The translations under genes and the position numbers were made by a program. A model generated the notes under the pieces. That model did no database searches, had not been told where the DNA came from, and saw only the letters and a list, made by a program, of their open reading frames with translations. From Candidatus Bipolaricaulota bacterium (GTDB lineage Bacteria > Patescibacteriota > Patescibacteriia > UBA11705 > DATKZF01), in the NCBI GenBank assembly GCA_035528115.1, contig DATKZF010000002.1:69751-133750 (forward strand): a stretch of 64,000 nt of DNA, in the 5' to 3' direction. This document shows positions 9,068 through 17,313 of this stretch, piece by piece; position 1 is the stretch's first letter, and the number at the start of each line of letters is the position of its first letter.

Positions 9068-9667
9068 ATGGTGTTCCACCACCTGCAAATCAAATTAATT
9101 ACATTATTTTCTAAAAAAATGAGAAGGTACTATAAATTCGGCAGAAAGCCGCAAAAGCAAAGAGTCAAATACCCGATCAACGAGGCCATCAAGGCTCTCG
9201 AGGTGAATGTCATTGACGAAACGGGCAAACCGCTCGGCATCATGCCGACCGCAAAGGCCATTTCCGATGCCGCGGAACGGGGATTTGATCTGATCGCGGT
9301 GTCGCCCAAAGCCGTTCCGCCGGTGGTCAAATTCGCGGATTACGGCAAACTGCAATACCAACAAGAAAAATTGTTAAAAAAACAAAAGACTCTACAAAAA
9401 AAAGCTGACCTCAAGGGCATACGGCTATCGGCCAAAATCAGCGACCATGACGCGGAATTGAAAAGAAATCAGGCCAACAAATTTCTGGAAAAAGGCCACA
9501 AAGTGAAAATAGAAGTGATTGTTCGAGGCAGAGAACACAATCATCTGCCAATGATCAAAGAAATGATTTATAAATTTATCAATAATTTATCCGTTGAACA
9601 CATAATCGAACAAGATTTGGCGAAACAGGGCAGCAAATTATCAGCCGTTGTGGCTCCAAAATCTTAA
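9068..9667 (+). CDS. infC: Translation initiation factor IF-3. The probable true start is the ATG at 9119 or a non-AUG start nearby
   Basis: The translation aligns with IF-3 from KFGRKPQKQRVKYPINEAIKALEVNVIDETGKPLGIMPTAKAISDAAERGFDLIAVSPKAVPPVVKFADYGK onwards. It is followed by rpmI and rplT, the conserved infC-rpmI-rplT operon. Confidence 0.85.
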   Translation: MVFHHLQIKLITLFSKKMRRYYKFGRKPQKQRVKYPINEAIKALEVNVIDETGKPLGIMPTAKAISDAAERGFDLIAVSPKAVPPVVKFADYGKLQYQQEKLLKKQKTLQKKADLKGIRLSAKISDHDAELKRNQANKFLEKGHKVKIEVIVRGREHNHLPMIKEMIYKFINNLSVEHIIEQDLAKQGSKLSAVVAPKS

Positions 9668-9673
9668 AATTAT

Positions 9674-9874
9674 ATGGCAAAAATGAAAACAATTAAAGCG
9701 GTCAGTAAAAGAATCAAAGTGACTAAAAATGACAAGTTGATCATCCGCAAAGGAGGACAAGATCATTTTAATTCCAGAGAAAGCGGCAAGACCGGCAGAA
9801 ACAAGAAACGAGACATCCAGATGTCCGGCGTCAACAAAAAAAATGTCAAGAATTTTATTCCGTACAATAAATAA
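9674..9874 (+). CDS. rpmI: 50S ribosomal protein L35
   Basis: 66 aa; MAKMKTIKAVSKRIKVT...GKTGRNKKR is L35-like. Its position between infC and rplT supports the call. Confidence 0.85.
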   Translation: MAKMKTIKAVSKRIKVTKNDKLIIRKGGQDHFNSRESGKTGRNKKRDIQMSGVNKKNVKNFIPYNK

Positions 9875-9904
9875 ACTTAATCACTAATCATCATTTAAGA
9901 TCAT

Positions 9905-10249
9905 ATGCCTAGAGTAAAACGCGGGAAATCGCATTTAAAGAAAAGAAAAAGTCTGCTTTCCAAGACCAAGGGTTTTAGACATGGGAAAAAGAAATTAATC
10001 AAGCAAGCAAAGACTGTCGTACTCAAGGCCGGCAAATCAGCGTTCAAGGACAGACGAGCAAAAAAAAGAACGGCCAGAGCGCTCTGGCAAATCAAATTAA
10101 ACGCGGCCGCCAGAGAACACGGGCTCAGCTACAGCCAATTCATCAAAAAATTAAAGGACAAAAAAGTTGAGCTCGACAGAAAAGTCTTGGCCGACCTGGC
10201 TGAGAATCATCCGAAAATATTCGAAAAGATCATCAAAGAAATTTCATAA
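9905..10249 (+). CDS. rplT: 50S ribosomal protein L20
   Basis: 114 aa. MPRVKRGKSHLKKRKSLLSKTKGFRHGKKKLIKQAKTVVLKAGKSAFKDRRAKKR..ALWQIKLNAAAREHGLSYSQFI is the canonical L20 sequence. Confidence 0.92.
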   Translation: MPRVKRGKSHLKKRKSLLSKTKGFRHGKKKLIKQAKTVVLKAGKSAFKDRRAKKRTARALWQIKLNAAAREHGLSYSQFIKKLKDKKVELDRKVLADLAENHPKIFEKIIKEIS

Positions 10250-10254
10250 AACCA

Positions 10255-10287
10255 TAAAAAAATCAGCTGCTAAGCTGATTTTTTTAT
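10255..10287. terminator. Bidirectional rho-independent terminator between rplT (+) and the convergent minus-strand gene
   Basis: Hairpin AAAAAATCAGCTGCTAAGCTGATTTTTTT: stem CAGCT/AGCTG with flanking A-run and T-run. Confidence 0.6.
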
Positions 10288-11175
10288 TATCGTTTGATAT
10301 TCTTCGTATAATTTCTTGAATTCCTCTGAAATCTCCAACAAATTTTTTATCGCTTCCCTTTCTTCGGCCGAAGGCTTCGAAAGATCAATGTAAAAATCTT
10401 TGGCAATCTTCTTTTCCAAAATCTTCTTGCGCTTTTCCGGCCGCGCCGCTTTGTCAATGAGCGGAGCAGTACGCTCATCTCCCGACGGCCGATGCCTGTT
10501 TTTTATTTGGCATGACGCGGGCAAAAGTTTAAAATAACCCGGCAGCAATTTTTTTACAAAAAAAGGATTGGACGGCCGCTTGTCTTTGGTCAAAGATTGC
10601 GCCAAGGCGAAATATTTTTCCAAATAAGGGAAATGTCCGAGTTGGACGACCAAACGGCTCAAAACATGTTTTTTGATTCCTCTTATGCATTCCGCCAAAT
10701 TATTTATTCTCTCTTTTTCTGTTTCAGCTCCAATGGCGTCCATCATCTCATTTAATGCCGCTTCTTCCTCGGGCGTCATATTTTTCAAAAAATCTTGAGC
10801 GTAAACATCCATTTCTTTTATTTTGCCCAAAGCTTTTTCTTTTTCACCCCTTTCCTTCTCCATTCTTAAACATTTCAAGCGAGCGGCTGATTGTGAGAAT
10901 AAACGCGACTCCCCTTTTTCCATCTCTACGGTCTCTTCTTTTTCACCGGCTTTGCCGGTCCTGATTTTTTCCAAAATCTCATTGACCAAACTCTCATCGT
11001 CATTAAGTTGTTTTTTGTTTTTGTTCCGCATAAATATTGATTGGGAAAACCGATGCTTCCTTAAAACATTATAGCCGATTTTGGCAAAAGCATAAAGCCG
11101 AATGTGTTTTTTTTCACTAAAACGGACTTGACCGATTAAAGAAGTTTGGCTATAATGATAACGTCTTTGACGCAA
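10270..11175 (-). CDS. Hypothetical K/E-rich protein (start uncertain)
   Basis: 301-aa ORF, charged and helical, with no recognisable motif. Convergent with rplT. Confidence 0.35.
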   Translation of the reverse strand: MRQRRYHYSQTSLIGQVRFSEKKHIRLYAFAKIGYNVLRKHRFSQSIFMRNKNKKQLNDDESLVNEILEKIRTGKAGEKEETVEMEKGESRLFSQSAARLKCLRMEKERGEKEKALGKIKEMDVYAQDFLKNMTPEEEAALNEMMDAIGAETEKERINNLAECIRGIKKHVLSRLVVQLGHFPYLEKYFALAQSLTKDKRPSNPFFVKKLLPGYFKLLPASCQIKNRHRPSGDERTAPLIDKAARPEKRKKILEKKIAKDFYIDLSKPSAEEREAIKNLLEISEEFKKLYEEYQTIIKKSA

Positions 11176-11188
11176 AATTCAGGCTGTT

Positions 11189-11265
11189 GGATCGGTGGTG
11201 TAGCTGGTTAACACGCCGCCCTGTCACGGCGGAGATCGCGGGTTCGAGTCCCGTCCGATCCGCCA
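11189..11265 (+). tRNA. tRNA-Asp (anticodon GTC), CCA encoded
   Basis: Cloverleaf read by hand. The acceptor is GGATCGG/CCGATCC, with D-stem GTGT/ACAC. The anticodon stem is CCGCC/GGCGG with loop CTGTCAC (U33, GTC, A37). The T-arm is GCGGG-TTCGAGT-CCCGT, the discriminator is G, and CCA follows. It is flanked by the complementary ATTCAGGCTG / CAGCCTGAAT leader-trailer pairing. Confidence 0.88.
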
Positions 11266-11293
11266 GCCTGAATCTTGCGTTTTAAGCAAATGA

Positions 11294-11323
11294 AAAACCA
11301 TCGCCCAAGCGATGATTTTTTTA
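11294..11323. terminator. Rho-independent terminator after tRNA-Asp, followed by a second perfect palindrome at about 11331-11366
   Basis: AAAAACCATCGCCCAAGCGATGATTTTTTT is one hairpin. GCAAATTTGGGTTCAATCGATTGAACCCAAATTTGC is a 36-bp perfect palindrome. Confidence 0.55.
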
Positions 11324-11394
11324 TGTCCGCAAATTTGGGTTCAATCGATTGAACCCAAATTTGCGGCAACGAAACTTCATGGAAGCATCGCCGC

Positions 11395-11598
11395 CTACTG
11401 CCTTCTTCCTTTCCTTTGACAGTAATAAAAGGTCAAGCCGCCGGCCATCGCGGAAACCGCCCAAATGCCGAGACAAATGGCGGCAAACCGCTGACTAGGC
11501 AACGCTGACGCGTCAGCGATTCCCTTGATCAAGATGCCCCAGATCAAGAGAAACATGACCGTCAAGCCGACAAGCCACCCACGAACCGCGCCTTTCAT
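11395..11598 (-). CDS. Small hydrophobic protein (about 67 aa, two TM helices), moderately GC-rich
   Basis: The internal ATG at 11598 is preceded by GGAGG (reverse-complement context AACCCTGGAGGAGTCATG). The longer six-frame ORF to 11808 lacks such a signal. Confidence 0.35.
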   Translation of the reverse strand: MKGAVRGWLVGLTVMFLLIWGILIKGIADASALPSQRFAAICLGIWAVSAMAGGLTFYYCQRKGRRQ

Positions 11599-11760
11599 GA
11601 CTCCTCCAGGGTTTTGTCCACGATTCTGTATTATATCATGTTTTATCAAAAAAGTCAATACCACAAACAAAAAAATCCCCTTCGTGAGGATTTTGCATAA
11701 TTTGACAATCACCCTGAAAACAAATAAGCTTTTCGAGAACCGCCAAACAGGAGGACGACC

Positions 11761-12033
11761 GTGAAACCAAACTCCAACAATGGAAATGGCTCGCCGCGCG
11801 ATCCACAAGCCTGTTTTTCACAGCGCATTTTCGGAAAACGCAATGCTTGGGCCATTGTTGACCCAAGGGCACGCGATGTGTATTTGATAAACGTGGGAAA
11901 ACGATCCGCCGCGGAAGCTCGCTGGTCTTCGACTCGCCAGCTACTCGAGAAAAAAGCGCCGGATTTCCCCGAATGGGCTAAAAGCAAAACCATCCGGTTG
12001 TTCAAGGACTATGGCTTTCACAAACCGCGATGA
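11761..12033 (+). CDS. Hypothetical 90-aa protein, GTG start with AGGAGG RBS
   Basis: CAGGAGGACGACC precedes the GTG at 11761. Divergent from the small membrane gene. No family recognised. Confidence 0.35.
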   Translation: MKPNSNNGNGSPRDPQACFSQRIFGKRNAWAIVDPRARDVYLINVGKRSAAEARWSSTRQLLEKKAPDFPEWAKSKTIRLFKDYGFHKPR

Positions 12034-12057
12034 TCGGAAATTAATCAATTTCCGATT

Positions 12058-12924
12058 TTAAAATTCTTTTTTGATCCGCTCTATTTGTTTATCAATTTTT
12101 TTCTTAATTTCCGTTCTTTGCCCTTTTCGAAGGGACATAAAAATAATGAAAAACACTGAGATCAACGCGACCAAAACGCTGAAAAGCTGAGCCCAACGAA
12201 CGCCGAAAACAATCGGGCTATAGTCGACTCTCAAAAACTCCATATTGAATCTGATGATCGAATAGCCCAGAAGATATGAAAAGAAAATTACGCCATTTTT
12301 TATCGAGATATTTTTTTTAAATCTCAGCCATACCAAAAGCAACAACGCTCCGAGCAAAACGATGTTAAGCAATGACTCATACAAAAACGCGGGATGGAAA
12401 TATTTATCGGCCAAATATTCGACCGGCCGAAAGGCGGACAAAATCGGAATGCCCCAAGGCAAATCGGTTGGCTGGCCGAAAAGCTCCTGATTGAAATAAT
12501 TGCCCCAGCGTCCGATAATCTGCGCGCACACCAAGCCGATGGCTGATAAATCGAAAAGGTCTTTCCAATTAACTTTTTTCATTCTGGCAAAAAAATAAGT
12601 CGCTAAAAAAGCTCCGATCATGACGCCATGCACCGCGAGTCCTCCTTGCCATATTTTCAAAACATCAAGAGGTCTGTCTTTATAAAATTCAAAAGCGTAA
12701 AGCACGTAATAAATTCTGCCTCCGACAAGACCGGCGATGGCCCACCAGAAAACAAGATCAAACAGCCAATCTTTTTTTATTTTAAAATATTTCGCCAATG
12801 CTCTGGCCAAAAACAATCCGGCCAAGCCTCCGAGAACCATGAGCAAGCCGTACCAATGGACGTCCAGCGGTCCAATGGAAAAAGCGATCGGCTTGGGAGA
12901 AAATGTGTGCAAAAAAATATTCAT
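12058..12924 (-). CDS. lgt: Prolipoprotein diacylglyceryl transferase
   Basis: 288 aa and multi-TM. HWYGLLMVLGGLAG and GRWGNYFNQELFGQPT are signature Lgt motifs. Confidence 0.9.
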   Translation of the reverse strand: MNIFLHTFSPKPIAFSIGPLDVHWYGLLMVLGGLAGLFLARALAKYFKIKKDWLFDLVFWWAIAGLVGGRIYYVLYAFEFYKDRPLDVLKIWQGGLAVHGVMIGAFLATYFFARMKKVNWKDLFDLSAIGLVCAQIIGRWGNYFNQELFGQPTDLPWGIPILSAFRPVEYLADKYFHPAFLYESLLNIVLLGALLLLVWLRFKKNISIKNGVIFFSYLLGYSIIRFNMEFLRVDYSPIVFGVRWAQLFSVLVALISVFFIIFMSLRKGQRTEIKKKIDKQIERIKKEF

Positions 12925-13009
12925 AAAAAATGGATTAATTCAATTGATTGCATTATAGCACAACAAAATATTTTTTTTAATTTAAAAAGCCTTTGGCGTG
13001 GCCAAAGGT

Positions 13010-13231
13010 CTATGGGCGGCAGTCGCGAAGGCTCGCCTGCAGGATCGCGAACGGCGATTGCATCAGCGGCGGTGGATCCGCCTGCGAGCGCGGGCGCGCG
13101 GCGCTTGTTCGAGCCGGTTGCCAGTCCGGATCAGGGACCTCATCGTAGCGAGGCCCGCGACCGAACTCGAAATCCTCAGGGATCGTCCGGAGCCGCTTGT
13201 TCGTCAGATCCTCTCGATAGTCTCTCGGCAT
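13010..13231 (-). CDS. Hypothetical 73-aa Pro/Arg-rich protein on a roughly 330-bp GC-rich islet
   Basis: AAGGAGGG lies 5 nt upstream of the ATG at 13231. A downstream hairpin (GCCTTTGGCGTGGCCAAAGG) plus A/T run at about 12986-13010 serves as terminator. The overlapping plus-strand ORF 12998..13351 is rejected. Confidence 0.4.
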   Translation of the reverse strand: MPRDYREDLTNKRLRTIPEDFEFGRGPRYDEVPDPDWQPARTSAARPRSQADPPPLMQSPFAILQASLRDCRP

Positions 13232-13471
13232 GGATTCCCTCCTTGGGTTGCCGGGTTGCGGGAAACAATAACAATAAAATATCAAATGGGAAGAGGCCTG
13301 TCAAGAGACAAAAAGAAAACCCCGCTTAATCGCGGGGTCTTCTCTCTTTAGGCTTTTGCCGTTGCAATACGCAACATTTATTGTAATAACAAAGGAATCA
13401 CTTCCCTTGTTTATTATAATTTACTAAAAATTGTTTTTGCCGTCAAGATCTTCAATTATCAATGTGGATAA

Positions 13472-13789
13472 CTACTTCATTTTCAGCTCTTTTTGAACAT
13501 CTCGCCAGCGAGCCTTCAATTCTTTGTTGATTTCATCCAAAGTCTTGTTGGCGGTTTTCTTTTTCTTTTTGTATTCCGCGACCACGCCATCAACGATTTT
13601 CTCATACTTGTCTTTGGTCATGCTTTTCGCTTTTTCCACTTCGCCGATGATTTTACCGCTCATTTCTTTGGCCAAATTTTTAATGTCGGCTCTCGTTTGC
13701 TTGCCTGACTTGGGAGCCAGCAAAATAGCCGCGGCCGCGCCGATCACCGCGCCGATGGCGGCTCCGGCCAAAAATGTTTTCTTTTTCAT
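13472..13789 (-). CDS. YtxH-like small membrane-anchored protein (general-stress-like, DUF948-type)
   Basis: 105 aa. It has an N-terminal Gly/Ala-rich TM (FLAGAAIGAVIGAAAAILLAPKSGK) then a charged helical tail. This pattern is typical of YtxH-domain proteins. Confidence 0.5.
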   Translation of the reverse strand: MKKKTFLAGAAIGAVIGAAAAILLAPKSGKQTRADIKNLAKEMSGKIIGEVEKAKSMTKDKYEKIVDGVVAEYKKKKKTANKTLDEINKELKARWRDVQKELKMK

Positions 13790-13899
13790 ATTTGTTTGCT
13801 CTTTAAATCACTCCCCGGCAACGGCCGTAAACGGCCTCGCCGATGAATGAATTTTTTATTTATTCTTTATGTCTTAATTATATCACATTTTTTAATTCA

Positions 13900-14997
13900 T
13901 CATAACCAATGACTCAACAATTCGGAAAATGCCCGCTTGATTCTGGCGAAAAAACCTCTATTCTTCCAACGATACTTGGCGAACGGCTCGGAAAACTCCT
14001 GCCAGCCGTTCAATATTTTTTCGACATCGCCGACCATCTTCTTATCGCTGATGTACGCATTGGCTTCTCGGTTGCGATAAAAACTGCCCTGGTCGATATT
14101 GCTCGAGCCTACCATGGCTTCGCGGCCGTCAACCACGAAAGCTTTGCCATGCATCATTTTCGAAGTGAAATGAAGTTTGACGCCGATCTTGTCCATTAAT
14201 TCATAATATTTAATCGCCGTCCAATTAACGATTCGCAAATCAGTTCGAAACGGCAAAATCAAATCTATTTTCACTCCCCTCTTTCTGGCTCGAGAGATCG
14301 CTTTGATCAATTTTCTGTCAGGCAAATAATAAGGCACGGCCAATTTCAAATATTTTTTGGCGTGGTTGATCGAACGCAGAAAATTCGCTCGAATGCGGGA
14401 ACGTTTGGCATTGGGCACCTGAAAAAGAAATTTTATTTTTTTGCTTTTCTCTATTTTCGGATGGAGCAATTTTAAAACGTTCTTTTTATCTCCGCCGGCC
14501 TTGATATATGACTTGGCGAAAGCTCTGGTCAAAGACCTGGCCAATTTCCCCACCACCATCAATTGCAAATCCAGCCAATCGGCCATGAAATTCTGCACAT
14601 TAACGCCGCCGAGAAAGCCCTCATTGCTATCGACCACCAAAATCTTTCTATGCGTCCTCTCCCAAAAGGCTCGCCAAAATCGGATAAATTTACCCAACGT
14701 TACTTGATTGTAAATAACCAAATCAACGCCGGCATTTTTCAGCCGGGAGATCGATGAGTTTGAAAAACCGTAACTGCCTATGCCATCAATTAACAATTTC
14801 ACCTCCACTCCTTCTTTCGCCTTTTTTTCCAGCAAATCGACAAATTCAATCCCGACTTCATCGTCAATGAAAGTATACGTTTCCCAATAAATACTGGTCT
14901 TCGCCTTGTCCATCGCCTCTCGCATCGCTTGCCAAGCGTCTTTGGAAACGGAAAAAAACTGATATTGAATTTGCTCTTTAAGATGATTCATATGCAA
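13900..14997 (-). CDS. cls: Phospholipase D-family enzyme, cardiolipin synthase-like (two HKD motifs)
   Basis: 365 aa. HRKILVVDSNEGFLGGVNV and HGKAFVVDGREAMVGSSNID are the two HxK(x)4D(x)6GSxN motifs. Confidence 0.8.
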   Translation of the reverse strand: MHMNHLKEQIQYQFFSVSKDAWQAMREAMDKAKTSIYWETYTFIDDEVGIEFVDLLEKKAKEGVEVKLLIDGIGSYGFSNSSISRLKNAGVDLVIYNQVTLGKFIRFWRAFWERTHRKILVVDSNEGFLGGVNVQNFMADWLDLQLMVVGKLARSLTRAFAKSYIKAGGDKKNVLKLLHPKIEKSKKIKFLFQVPNAKRSRIRANFLRSINHAKKYLKLAVPYYLPDRKLIKAISRARKRGVKIDLILPFRTDLRIVNWTAIKYYELMDKIGVKLHFTSKMMHGKAFVVDGREAMVGSSNIDQGSFYRNREANAYISDKKMVGDVEKILNGWQEFSEPFAKYRWKNRGFFARIKRAFSELLSHWL

Positions 14998-15084
14998 TAT
15001 TTTAACACAAATGGCCGAAAATTAAAGAGCGCGGCCAAAACGGACATTTATCCACTTAACAACCACCCTTCGTTTTGATAACCT

Positions 15085-16614
15085 TTGTATGACCATATGA
15101 CCAAAAATTTCATTTCAATCGAAGATTTTAAGCTGGACGAGATTGAGGAGATTCTCGGCGAAGCGGAACAATTGATTCCATTCGCCAAAGCGAAAATCAC
15201 TCCGCCGAAAGAGCATCCTTTGCACCTTGACTTTGGCAACCATTTAGCCAAAGTTTTAATTTTCATGCTCGAACCGTCCAGCCGCACCGCCGGTTCCAAC
15301 GACGAAGCGGCCAGGCTCTGGGGATTTGCCAGAGACAAAATCAGCGGACTGGAAGCGACTTCGCTGATGAAAAAAGAAAGTTTGGCCGACGCCATCAGGA
15401 CTCACGCCGGCACCCAATTGGCCGACATTTTGGTTTTGAGAACGAAATACGAAGGCAGCGCCAGATTCGCCAGTGAAATTTTGGAAAAAACCGATTTTCA
15501 AGTGGCCGTGCACAATGCCGGCGACGGCGCCAATCGGCATCCGACCCAATCGCTGCTCAATCTGCTGACCATTAAACAAAAAATAGGAAGAATTCACGAT
15601 TTCACCATCGGATTTTTCGGGGATTTGAAATATTCGCGAACTCTCAATTCCGATCTGGACACGCTCAGGATGTTAAACGAGCGATACGGAAACATTAAAA
15701 TCATCACCGTCTCGTCCGCGGAAAACAGAATACCAAGCTACCGAAAAGCCGGATTAAACATCGAAGAATATGATCACTTGGACGCCCTAAAAAAATGCAA
15801 TATCATCAGCGGCACCAGGATACAAGAAGAGCGATACACCGATGAATTGGAAAAATCCAGAGTTCTCGGCAAATATATTTTGGACAAAGCGGTTTTGGAT
15901 CAAATGGCCGCGGATGTTGTGATTATGCATCCCGGACCGCGAGGGCCGGAAATAGCGCCGGACATTTCCATTGATCGCAGAAACGTCATGTGGTTTCAGA
16001 TGTTCATGGGCGTGGTTTTGCGCATGACCATTTTGCGCCGCAGCTTTTTGGCGCGCCACGAGCCGAATCTGGGATTTCAGAACACTTGCGGCAGACTGGA
16101 AGTACTCGACGAAGAACCGGCCGAACAAAGATTGAGAAAAAGAGAGGAACAAGGCAAACAAGACAAATATTTCAGACCGATATACAAAAGAGGCATGATC
16201 TTGGATCACATTGAACCGGGCAAAGGCGGCTTTATCAAAGAACTGATTAAAAAACACGCCGGTCTCAACGGCACGGGCGCCATTCATTTGATCGAAGGCA
16301 TTGAAAACAGAAAGGACGTCATCGTCATCGAGGGCAATTTCATCCCCGACTGGTTTTTCAGCCCGGCGACTTTCGTCAGTCCGACAACGACCTTCAACAT
16401 AATCAGAGACGGCCTATTCAAAAAAGTCAAAATAAAAACCGCGAACACCACCATGCCCAAAGCGTTCAAATGCCCCAATTCGGTGTGCATCACCAACGCG
16501 GACAAAGAAGCTCAATCCAGATTCACGGTCGGAGAAAATGAAATAACCTGCGTGTGTTCTTATTGCAATCGCGAATTCACTCAAGAAGAGATTATCGCGG
16601 CCACCTCGAAATAA
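15085..16614 (+). CDS. pyrBI: Aspartate carbamoyltransferase with catalytic (PyrB) and regulatory (PyrI) chains fused in one polypeptide
   Basis: N-terminal roughly 320 aa: SSRT (carbamoyl-phosphate site), HPTQ and HPGP motifs of the ATCase/OTCase fold. C-terminal roughly 150 aa: PyrI-like allosteric domain (GMILDHIEPGKG) and Zn domain (CPNSVC...CVCSYCNREF). Confidence 0.7.
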   Translation: MYDHMTKNFISIEDFKLDEIEEILGEAEQLIPFAKAKITPPKEHPLHLDFGNHLAKVLIFMLEPSSRTAGSNDEAARLWGFARDKISGLEATSLMKKESLADAIRTHAGTQLADILVLRTKYEGSARFASEILEKTDFQVAVHNAGDGANRHPTQSLLNLLTIKQKIGRIHDFTIGFFGDLKYSRTLNSDLDTLRMLNERYGNIKIITVSSAENRIPSYRKAGLNIEEYDHLDALKKCNIISGTRIQEERYTDELEKSRVLGKYILDKAVLDQMAADVVIMHPGPRGPEIAPDISIDRRNVMWFQMFMGVVLRMTILRRSFLARHEPNLGFQNTCGRLEVLDEEPAEQRLRKREEQGKQDKYFRPIYKRGMILDHIEPGKGGFIKELIKKHAGLNGTGAIHLIEGIENRKDVIVIEGNFIPDWFFSPATFVSPTTTFNIIRDGLFKKVKIKTANTTMPKAFKCPNSVCITNADKEAQSRFTVGENEITCVCSYCNREFTQEEIIAATSK

Positions 16615-16675
16615 TGAATTGCGAGGCTTGCGTATTTTTTTGTTTGTTGATATAATGGAATTCGTAACTATTCAT

Positions 16676-16810
16676 AAAACCAATAACAAGGCTGGCCATG
16701 CGGCCGTAAATATTCGTCATCCATAAAATTATATTTGTAACCATTTGTAATATAATTAATAACGCCAATAACCAAGGCTGGCCATGCGGCCGTAAATATT
16801 CGTAATGTAT
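16676..16810 (+). repeat. Two copies (period about 92 bp) of the motif AATAAC(C)AAGGCTGGCCATGCGGCCGTAAATATTCGT, ending at the rpmE start codon
   Basis: Direct reading shows ccaataacaaggctggccatgcggccgtaaatattcgt at about 16677 and gccaataaccaaggctggccatgcggccgtaaatattcgtaat at about 16767. It carries an internal GGCC-ATGC-GGCC hairpin. It belongs to the same family as the repeats upstream of rplK. Confidence 0.7.
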
Positions 16811-17081
16811 GAAGAAAGACATTCATCCGACATATTATAAAGACGCCAAAGTTACATGCGCTTGCGGTAACAGTTTTGTGACGGGCTCAAGCGAAAAAGA
16901 AATCAAAACCGAGCTTTGCTCCATGTGCCATCCGTTTTTTACGGGCAAACAAAAAATCATGGATACGGCGCGGCGAGTGGAAAAATTCAAAGACCGCCTG
17001 GCCAAAAAGACCACAACTGGCTCGAAAAAGAAAACCGTAAAAAGGAAAGTCAAAGATCAGAAGAAAAAAACCAAAAAGTAG
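16809..17081 (+). CDS. rpmE: 50S ribosomal protein L31 with Lys-rich C-terminal extension
   Basis: [10 protein letters not shown]...VTCACGNSF...[24 protein letters not shown] is the L31 core. The roughly 25-aa [25 protein letters not shown] tail is additional. Confidence 0.88.
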   Translation: MKKDIHPTYYKDAKVTCACGNSFVTGSSEKEIKTELCSMCHPFFTGKQKIMDTARRVEKFKDRLAKKTTTGSKKKTVKRKVKDQKKKTKK

Positions 17082-17150
17082 CATATCAAAATCTCCTTCC
17101 GATTTTTTGTTTCGCGCAAAATTGAAAGGAGATTTTTGTTTAGATTACAT

Positions 17151-17280
17151 AAAACGGAGAGCGGAGAGACGAGCTCTCCGCTGGATTTGGAGGTGGCGGC
17201 CGGCGCCGCCGCGACAGCATCCAACCATTCCCAGCGGAAAGATTGCCTGCCCTGCCTGCCGGCAGGCCTTTCCGCGCTTA
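17151..17280. repeat. GC-rich palindromic intergenic element (copy 1 of 2), containing hairpins CGGAGAGACGAGCTCTCCG and GGAAAGATTGCCTGCCCTGCCTGCCGGCAGGCCTTTCC
   Basis: It sits directly 3' of rpmE and is likely also the rpmE terminator. It is near-identical in organisation to 62175-62297 after rpmA. The CTGCCTGCCGGCAGGC sub-palindrome recurs at 53536. Confidence 0.65.
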
Positions 17281-17313
17281 GCGAAATAAAGACGCATTTG
17301 ATATAATAAATAT

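Noticed and set aside
9068-9118. N-terminal 17 codons of the six-frame infC ORF (MVFHHLQIKLITLFSKK)
   Set aside because: IF-3 homology begins near KFGRK, and the ATG at 9119 is a better start. infC commonly uses a non-AUG start, so the upstream extension is probably not translated.
12998-13351. 117-aa plus-strand ORF across the GC-rich islet
   Set aside because: It runs through a terminator-like hairpin (CCCCGCTTAATCGCGGGG) and has no RBS. The minus-strand frame has an RBS and terminator.
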